Source: Smithellaceae bacterium
Lineage (GTDB): Bacteria > Desulfobacterota > Syntrophia > Syntrophales > Smithellaceae
NCBI GenBank assembly: GCA_963667845.2
Contig: CAXXVL010000002.1
Location: 2,208,001 to 2,272,000, forward strand
Direction: 5' to 3'
DNA length: 64,000 nucleotides
Positions 57,396 through 64,000 of the stretch are shown here, one piece after another. The notes beneath the pieces are model-generated. The model was not told the DNA's origin and searched no databases. It saw only the letters and a list, made by a program, of their open reading frames with translations. How positions within the stretch are numbered: the first letter of the stretch is position 1; each line of letters starts with the position of its first letter. A program made the translations under genes and the position numbers.

Positions 57396-58115
57396 TCACC
57401 GACGGGCCGCATGAAGTTCGATGTATCGTTCCAGCAGCTTCATCATCATGGCCGCGTTACTGCGGGTGCCCGCGATAATTTCTTCCATGGTGAGGGGCTC
57501 TTCGACGAGTCCGTTGCCGTAATTGTCAATGGAACAGGCCGAGGCGTAAGCCAGACCCATTTCGAGGGCAATGACCGCTTCGTTGGCCATCGTCATGCCG
57601 ACCACGTCGGCGAAATTTGCCATCATCCTGATTTCCGCTTTGGTTTCCAGCCGGGGACCGGTGACCTGCCAGTAGGTTCCCGCTTGCGCAACATTCAGGT
57701 TGCAGTCCTGCGCTGCCGCGATCAGCCCGCCGCGGACGGATTCGCTCAAGGAGGGCGTGATGTGGACGGCCTTGCTGTGATGAATGGAGGGTGTCGCCGT
57801 GAGCGTGATAAAATCATCGGGAATGACGATCATGCCCGGTCGGAGGCTCTTCTTCAGGGACCCGGTCGAGTTGATCCCGATCACGTCGCTTGCGCCAAAA
57901 TCCTTCAACGCCTGAAGATTTGCGTGATGATTGATCCTGTGGGGCAGAATATACTCGGCGGGGTCATCCCCGTGGCGGAGGATAAAAACCATCTGATCCG
58001 TGACCATTACCTGCGCTTCCCCGTATGGATTCCTGATCGTATGCTTGTTGCATTTTTTAGTCAGGCCGCTTCTTTCCATCAAAATCGTTCCGGCGAGCAC
58101 TCCCACGCGTTCCAT
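57396..58115 (-). CDS. MTAP-family purine nucleoside phosphorylase
   Basis: RHG...PHRINHHAN, STGSLK, GPRLETKAE, DVVGMT; AGGAGG RBS before MERVGV. Confidence 0.85.
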   Translation of the reverse strand: MERVGVLAGTILMERSGLTKKCNKHTIRNPYGEAQVMVTDQMVFILRHGDDPAEYILPHRINHHANLQALKDFGASDVIGINSTGSLKKSLRPGMIVIPDDFITLTATPSIHHSKAVHITPSLSESVRGGLIAAAQDCNLNVAQAGTYWQVTGPRLETKAEIRMMANFADVVGMTMANEAVIALEMGLAYASACSIDNYGNGLVEEPLTMEEIIAGTRSNAAMMMKLLERYIELHAARR

Positions 58116-58260
58116 ATCGTCCTCCTGAAAATTTTTGAATTTATAACAGATACGGCAAATACAGTCAAAAAAGAAAGGTCTTTTGCAGCGGCAAATAGCA
58201 TTTGACTTTTTTTGCTGCGCTGTGACATATAGCACAAAATACAAAAGGGGGGCGTGGATA

Positions 58261-58590
58261 ATGAGCAGCCAACTTTTAGGGGTGGCCACCGACGAGAATT
58301 TTGAGGGAGAAGTCCTGAAGAGCGATAAGCCGGTTCTCATTGATTTCTGGGCGCCCTGGTGCGGACCCTGCAAGGCCATCGGACCCCTCGTTGAAGAGCT
58401 CGCCGCGGAGTATCAGGATAAGATTAAAGTCTTGAAGCTCAATGTTGACGACAGTCAAAAATCGGCGGTTGCGTACGGCGTTCGCAGTATCCCTACTCTC
58501 ATCGTGTTTAAGGATGGTAAAGTATCGAACACCCTCATCGGCCTCGTGTCGAAAGAGAAACTCGAAGAATTTATCAAAAAAAGCATGTGA
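58261..58590 (+). CDS. trxA: thioredoxin
   Basis: DFWAPWCGPCK, VRSIPTL. Confidence 0.95.
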   Translation: MSSQLLGVATDENFEGEVLKSDKPVLIDFWAPWCGPCKAIGPLVEELAAEYQDKIKVLKLNVDDSQKSAVAYGVRSIPTLIVFKDGKVSNTLIGLVSKEKLEEFIKKSM

Positions 58591-58651
58591 TCGTCCGCTA
58601 AAATTGAACGGAAACTCAATCAATCTCCATTCATCTTGCATAGGAATTTGC

Positions 58652-59422
58652 GTGAAGTTAAAAAAAATCAGCATTGTGGCGGTCTTTCTGTTGCTTCTCG
58701 GCGGCTGTTCCTTCGATATGCCAAACATCGTGAAGGGGAACATCTATGACTTTTTCGTAAAAAAAGAGCCGTTGAAGTCCACGCCGGAAGCTCTTTACGC
58801 GCGCGGCTCGGCCGAGTATCAGAACGGCAGTTATAAGAAAGCGCGGGAAGTCTTCGTCCGTCTTAAGGAAGAGTATCCGCTTCATGAGCTCGCCATTCTG
58901 GCCGAACTGGGTATCGCTGATTCTTTTTACAGCGACAAAGAATATGCCGATGCGGAAGTCGCCTACCGCGATTTTGCGATGCTTTACCCGACGAATGAAA
59001 ACGTTCCCTATGCGATATACCAGACCGGGATGTGCCACTTCGTCCAGATAGGAGCGATTGACCGGGACCAGACGGAAACCATCAAGGCCCAAAAAGAGTT
59101 TAAAAGGCTCATTGCCCTTTTTCCGCAAAGTAAATTTTCTCTGCTGGCCGAAAAAATGATCCGGGAGTGCAAAACGCAACTGGCCAAACACGAGTTCTAC
59201 ATCGGGAATTTTTATTTTAAGCAGAAAAAGTACGATGCCGCCCTGAAACGGTTTGAAGGGATCACACGCGATTACGCCGGTGTGGGCGTGGATTTGAAGG
59301 TCGAATCCTACATTGCGGAAACAAAAGCGCGCCTTGCCCAGGAAGAACAGGACCGGAAACTCAAAGAAGAAAAAGAGAAAGCGAAAGCGAAAACAAAGGG
59401 CAAAGAAACGCCCAAACCATAG
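58652..59422 (+). CDS. bamD: outer membrane assembly lipoprotein BamD
   Basis: Lipobox LGG-C; TPR-like helices; YPTNENVPYA.Y, DRDQTET, LAKHEFYIGNFY. Confidence 0.87.
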   Translation: MKLKKISIVAVFLLLLGGCSFDMPNIVKGNIYDFFVKKEPLKSTPEALYARGSAEYQNGSYKKAREVFVRLKEEYPLHELAILAELGIADSFYSDKEYADAEVAYRDFAMLYPTNENVPYAIYQTGMCHFVQIGAIDRDQTETIKAQKEFKRLIALFPQSKFSLLAEKMIRECKTQLAKHEFYIGNFYFKQKKYDAALKRFEGITRDYAGVGVDLKVESYIAETKARLAQEEQDRKLKEEKEKAKAKTKGKETPKP

Positions 59423-59426
59423 CCAT

Positions 59427-61013
59427 TCATTTGTTTGTTTCCAATTCAGCCATTTTGATCGTTTGGACGATGTGCCGGCGGAGCTCTTCCGGGTTGGCCG
59501 ACGTGTCGACTTTAAAGTAGCTGCCGGCGGGGATTTCCTGGATGGCTTCGTAATCCTTCTTTTGCGCCGCAAGGATTTCCCAGCGGCCGTCGGACGGATT
59601 ATCGGCATCCAGCTTTCTTTTTTCCAGACGAATCTTGACAATCTCATCGGGGCAGACGCATTCGATGACATATAACGGCACGTGAAGCCTGGCGGCCGCC
59701 TCTGCGGCCAGTGTGCGATCGGAGCGTTTTCTGAATGAAGCGTCGATAATCACCGGTTTTCCCTGTTCGATCTTTTGCGCGGCCAGTTCCACAGCTTTTT
59801 CATAGGTTCTTTTGGAAATATCGCTCGAATAAATGCCCTGCCCGAATGATTCGTAATGTTTTTCGGCAGGTGCGATCTGCAGCAGTTCCTTGCGCAGGAC
59901 GTCCGTTCGGATCACGTCCGCGCCCAGCCGCATCGCCAGATTACGGGCCTGATAACTCTTCCCCGAGCCGATCAAACCGGCTGTGAGAATTAAGACCGGC
60001 TTTTCGAGCCTGGCCGCATAGGTATAGGCCAGATCAAAATATTTCGCAGCAGTCAGTCTGATATCGGTTCGCTCATGGTCCGGTAGTTCTTTCTGATCGA
60101 GCCGGAAGCTGATGACCTTGCCGCGCACGTAGGCATAATAACAGCGGTAAAAGTTTAAGAGGTGATGCAGATCGTCGTCTCCGGAATAACCCACGTAGGA
60201 GCGCACGAAATCTTCCGCCTGTCGCGGGTAACCGTTGTAGTCGAGGTCCATGGTCAGGAAAGCCACTTCAGCCGCCACATCGCTGAACCGGAAGCGTTCG
60301 TTGAATTCAATGCAGTCAAAAACGATAATCTCATCGGCAATACAGATATGTTCCAGATGCAGGTCGCCGTGGCAGTCCCGGATCTTGTGAGCAGCGACTC
60401 TCTTTTCCAGAAGCCGGGTGTTCATGGTTAGAAATTTAGCGACGTACGCTTTGATAAACTCATATTGATAGGCGGGGACGGTGACGTCGATATACGGTGC
60501 GGTTTGTGCAAAATTTTCTTCATGATTATGGCGGATGATTTTGATCGATCCCATTTCGTCGATCGGACCGCCGGTCTGGGCAGCCGCGTGAAAGCGCGCA
60601 ATTTTCCCGGCCACGGCATCCATGACGCTTTCATCAACTTTTCCTTGAACCAGCAGGACTTTGAGCATCTTGTCGAGAGGCAGCTTCTTCATGTAGACGG
60701 CATACTCGACGATGTTATGCGCGGCGCCCGGGGAAAGGTGTCCCGAACCATCGTCGCCGATTGCTACGACATCGAGATAGATGCTGGGGGCCAGACGCCT
60801 GTTTAAACGGACTTCTTCCTCACAGTAAAATTTTCTTTTGGCGAGTGTCGTGAAATCGAGGAAACCGAAATTGACCGGCTTCTTGACTTTATAGACATAA
60901 TCGCCGGCAATGAAGATGTATGAGATATGCGTCTGCAATACTTCAACCGTCTGCGGCCGGTGCGGGTAAAAATCAGGGCAAGCCATGGCGGCTGCGATAT
61001 TGAAAGGGGGCAT
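59427..61013 (-). CDS. aminoglycoside-phosphotransferase-like / AAA_33 kinase fusion
   Basis: QTHIS, YKVKKPV..GFLDF, CHGDLHL, FDCIEFN, GLIGSGKS; GGAGG RBS before ATG 61013. Confidence 0.87.
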   Translation of the reverse strand: MPPFNIAAAMACPDFYPHRPQTVEVLQTHISYIFIAGDYVYKVKKPVNFGFLDFTTLAKRKFYCEEEVRLNRRLAPSIYLDVVAIGDDGSGHLSPGAAHNIVEYAVYMKKLPLDKMLKVLLVQGKVDESVMDAVAGKIARFHAAAQTGGPIDEMGSIKIIRHNHEENFAQTAPYIDVTVPAYQYEFIKAYVAKFLTMNTRLLEKRVAAHKIRDCHGDLHLEHICIADEIIVFDCIEFNERFRFSDVAAEVAFLTMDLDYNGYPRQAEDFVRSYVGYSGDDDLHHLLNFYRCYYAYVRGKVISFRLDQKELPDHERTDIRLTAAKYFDLAYTYAARLEKPVLILTAGLIGSGKSYQARNLAMRLGADVIRTDVLRKELLQIAPAEKHYESFGQGIYSSDISKRTYEKAVELAAQKIEQGKPVIIDASFRKRSDRTLAAEAAARLHVPLYVIECVCPDEIVKIRLEKRKLDADNPSDGRWEILAAQKKDYEAIQEIPAGSYFKVDTSANPEELRRHIVQTIKMAELETNK

Positions 61014-61240
61014 CAGTTCCTCCGATCTCGAAAAAGGTTTTTGAAGAGGCCGCATCGGCAGCCGGTCAATTCTTTAAACAATCGCCCGCTGATAATCAAG
61101 TTCAAAATACCCTTTTACACCCAAGGGCACAGACAATGGTCGCTTCAAAGGATGTCGTTTGGGCAGCGGCCCGGCAAATTATCCTTGCATGGAAACGTCA
61201 ACCATGATTATTTTGCATGCGATTCATAAAGGAGTGAGCC

Positions 61241-61906
61241 ATGTTCAAAAAACTGCGCCGGATTGCGACGGTCAAACTGGGTGGAAGCATTGTCTATTAC
61301 CTGGCCCGGCTCTATGCCGCCACATTCCGGGTGAGAGTGGAAAATGAGTCCGAGTGGATCGATTATCTGGAGCAGGGCGGGAAGGTTCTCCTTTGCTGCT
61401 GGCATCAGCAGTTTTTTGTCGGTGTCCGCGTGTTTGCGCGCTACCGGAAATATCGGGCGTGCGTGATGATTTCCAAGAGCACGGACGGGGATATCGCTTC
61501 GCGGATTGCGGAGCGGGCGAAAGTCTATCCGGTCAGAGGATCCTCATCGCGGAGCGGCGGCCCGGCATTGAAAGAAATGATCACGCGACTTAAACAGGGT
61601 TGCCTCGCTGTTCATCTGCTGGACGGACCGCGCGGGCCGGCCGGCATTGTCAAACCCGGCACCATTGCTCTGGCCGCAGGCGCCGGCGCGGCCATTGCCC
61701 CGGTCTATGTGGAAGCCGACCGTGCCTGGCATGCCGGGAGCTGGGACAAGTATATGGTTCCCAAACCATTTGCGCGAGTTAAGGTAATTTTCTGTCCGCT
61801 CATGAAACTGCCGCCGATGAAGGAACACAGCGATTTTGAAGTGCAAAGGCAAATCCTGGAAAATACGCTTCAGCCTCATCTGAGGGGTTTCTCAACACCC
61901 TGTTAG
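61241..61906 (+). CDS. lysophospholipid acyltransferase family (DUF374)
   Basis: WH, MISKSTDG, VRGSSSRSG, DGPRGP, SWDKY.VPKPF. Confidence 0.85.
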   Translation: MFKKLRRIATVKLGGSIVYYLARLYAATFRVRVENESEWIDYLEQGGKVLLCCWHQQFFVGVRVFARYRKYRACVMISKSTDGDIASRIAERAKVYPVRGSSSRSGGPALKEMITRLKQGCLAVHLLDGPRGPAGIVKPGTIALAAGAGAAIAPVYVEADRAWHAGSWDKYMVPKPFARVKVIFCPLMKLPPMKEHSDFEVQRQILENTLQPHLRGFSTPC

Positions 61907-61970
61907 CCGGACATTCGCGCGGCAGCGCCCTATGCTCAAGCGCCTGCCATCCAGGCGCGTTGCCGCAGGG

Positions 61971-62234
61971 CTATTTCGTTTCCTTAAAAAAGTCTTCTAC
62001 TTTTTTGAAGTTGTCGTCCACAGCAGTTTTGAAATCGTCGCAGCCTTTCTTATACGCCGACATCCAGTCGGTAATTGCTTTTTTCCCTTCTTCGGGAAAC
62101 ATCGGCGACTTCTCCCAGAATTTGTTCACCAGTCGCTCCGTCTGCTCCTGAAGCGCCTGCATGGCGCGGAAATTATTGTCAAAGGCTGTTTTATTAAAAA
62201 CGATCATCTGCTTCGCGATTTGTTTCGGGTCCAT
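61971..62234 (-). CDS. small helical phasin-like hypothetical protein
   Basis: MDPKQIAKQMIVFNKTAFDN...PEEGKKAITDW..AYKKG; GGAGG RBS. The phasin label is a loose resemblance only. Confidence 0.75.
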   Translation of the reverse strand: MDPKQIAKQMIVFNKTAFDNNFRAMQALQEQTERLVNKFWEKSPMFPEEGKKAITDWMSAYKKGCDDFKTAVDDNFKKVEDFFKETK

Positions 62235-62265
62235 TTTTACCTCCCTCCAGCTGTTTGGGCTGTTC

Positions 62266-62556
62266 TTATCCTTTTCCCTTTTTTGTTGTCTTTTTTTCCG
62301 TCTGCGCGAAGTATTCGACAACCTTCTGATAACTTTCATCAGCGGCCGCCTTAAAATCTTCACGACCTTTCTTGTAACTCAGGATCCAGTCACTCATCGC
62401 TTTTTTCCCGTCTTCAGGAAACCATGCCGCCTTCTCCAGAAAACTTAATACCAGGCTTTCGGTCTGATCCTGAATTGCCGACATCGCGCTGAAACTATTG
62501 TCAAACGCCGTTTTATTGAATTCTATCACTTGTTTGGCCAGCAGGTTTTGTTCCAT
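62266..62556 (-). CDS. small helical phasin-like hypothetical protein, tandem paralog
   Basis: MEQNLLAKQVIEFNKTAFDN...PEDGKKAMSDW..SYKKG. Confidence 0.75.
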   Translation of the reverse strand: MEQNLLAKQVIEFNKTAFDNSFSAMSAIQDQTESLVLSFLEKAAWFPEDGKKAMSDWILSYKKGREDFKAAADESYQKVVEYFAQTEKKTTKKGKG

Positions 62557-62800
62557 CGCCTCGTACCTCCCTGAATGGTTAGTTTTTTATAGGTTACCTA
62601 TTTTGAACTTACTGTCTAGTTTAGCGCAATAAATTGATTTGTAAAGTTATTTATCCCGCAGGCAAAGAGAAAGCATCCGCCGTGAAAGGCCGGAGATCAT
62701 TGGATGTGAGCGATACGCTGAAGAACCGTTTGCGTGCAACCTCTTCCCGGGCACGGATCACAAAAGGCGGGGTGCGGACGGCAATCCGAAGGGCGGAGAT

Positions 62801-63889
62801 TCAAACCGTTTCTTTTTTTAACCATTGGGTGACGAGCGGTTTTTCGTTTTCGGTCCAGAGCTTTGAAAAACGAACCGCCAGAAAAGATTCATAAAGCGCA
62901 TCGATCGTCTTGACGGCGTTTTCAATCAGATAGATGCGCTCCAGGAGGCTGGCCGTCGGGTCTTCCGGCGTTTCCTGCCAGTCCACAACGGGCATCTTGA
63001 GCGACTGAAAATAAAAGGTGTCGGCTTTAAAGTTGAATTCCCATTCGTTCTGATCGCGATGGAGTTTGATGCCGGTCTCTTTGACTTTTTTGCCGCGGCG
63101 AATGGCTTCCTTGCCTTCGGTGAGTTCCGCGTGCAGTCCCGAGCATACGACGCCCTGCGAATACTCTCCCTCACCCGCTTCGAGCGCGATGCGTTTGAGC
63201 AGGTGTAATTCCACTTCTTCGGTTTTGCTAAGCGCAATATGGCCGTTTCTTTCTTCCGATTTGAACCACAGCCAGGTGAGAAACTCACGCCCGATTAATG
63301 AAATATCTTCCACCGCTACATCATTTTTCTCCTTAGCGGCAAGCGCCTGCGGATACTCGTGGGGGAGGATGCGCCTGAGGCCCAGCGAAAACGTTTTTTT
63401 GAATAAATCGACAAAATCGTCGGCGACTTTGTCCGACAGAGATGAAAAATATACTTTATTCTGCCCGATGGCCCATAAAACGTCATAGAAAGAGGGGACA
63501 GGGTCGCTTTTGGTCATGAGCTCCAGTTTAACCTTTTCCTTGAGGCCCTCATTCATCGCCTTGCCGATGCGGGTCTGCCCGTGTTCGGCCAGAAATCGCC
63601 TCTGCTCTTCCATGAGACGGATTTTCATCAATTTGGGTGAAATCAACTTCCGGTCGATGCGCAACGAAAAAATCAGATAGTCGCCCAACACATAATTTGC
63701 TTTTTCAAAATCGGCGTCGAGGATATCGGTTACCGATACCCAGCCCATCCGCTTTTCTTCGGTGGAATTGCGCGCCTCCCGGAAGGAGTTGCCTTTGATC
63801 CGGGTGTTGATAAATGTAGTGAAGGCCTGCGGCAACTGGCCTTCAACTGAAAACTGCATAAAAGAGAAATTGCCCTTGACGAGACCCAT
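62801..63889 (-). CDS. RdgC-like recombination-associated protein
   Basis: MGLVKG..SF..F.V.G, GWVS, FSLRIDRK.I, GREFLTWLW; AGGTGAGG RBS before ATG 63889. Confidence 0.7.
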   Translation of the reverse strand: MGLVKGNFSFMQFSVEGQLPQAFTTFINTRIKGNSFREARNSTEEKRMGWVSVTDILDADFEKANYVLGDYLIFSLRIDRKLISPKLMKIRLMEEQRRFLAEHGQTRIGKAMNEGLKEKVKLELMTKSDPVPSFYDVLWAIGQNKVYFSSLSDKVADDFVDLFKKTFSLGLRRILPHEYPQALAAKEKNDVAVEDISLIGREFLTWLWFKSEERNGHIALSKTEEVELHLLKRIALEAGEGEYSQGVVCSGLHAELTEGKEAIRRGKKVKETGIKLHRDQNEWEFNFKADTFYFQSLKMPVVDWQETPEDPTASLLERIYLIENAVKTIDALYESFLAVRFSKLWTENEKPLVTQWLKKETV

Positions 63890-64000
63890 GTTCCTCACCT
63901 CACAGGCGCGCACCGTATCTTATCGCCACCGCTCCTGTCAAGGATTTATGCGCTGGGAATATCTTTAGAAATCAAAGAGTTTCCCTGAAGTCCAAAATAA

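Overview
Bacterial chromosomal window. The gene content (acyl-CoA ligases, acetyl-CoA hydrolase/GNAT fusion, sigma54 regulators) suggests an anaerobic deltaproteobacterium of Syntrophales type; this is an inference. The left ~39 kb looks like one signalling-plus-regulon island. A minus-strand gene run kaiC-kaiB-kaiB-PAS kinase-PAS/sigma54 activator-cheB/cheR fusion-PAS/sigma54 activator-PAS kinase (26.2-39.2 kb) sits directly upstream of ~25 kb of co-oriented envelope/stress genes: two DUF3494 ice-binding-type lipoproteins, two BON, two OmpA, two B12 radical SAM, cis/trans isomerase, USP, CsbD, Spy-like and YggT. A third, sensor-less sigma54 activator closes the left end. The stress genes are preceded by four sigma54 -24/-12 promoters (TTGGCAG-N5-TTGC). 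Each has the same tandem 16-bp palindrome (CCTCAGCATGCTGAGG-like) 98-99 bp upstream, and the three activators share the helix STLRARM. Two input domains each occur once on a kinase and once on an activator. The right ~25 kb is mostly housekeeping/metabolic, plus a BrnT/BrnA toxin-antitoxin pair bounded by attC-like sites. Other non-coding structure: six copies of a ~100-bp palindromic repeat, heptamer arrays at signalling-gene junctions, an in-frame (GAACAG)10 microsatellite, a 117-bp coding tandem repeat, and a 60-bp direct repeat around one ice-binding gene. Two small ORFs missing from the ORF track were also found. No rRNA, tRNA or CRISPR array was seen. All family calls are by eye; no searches were run.
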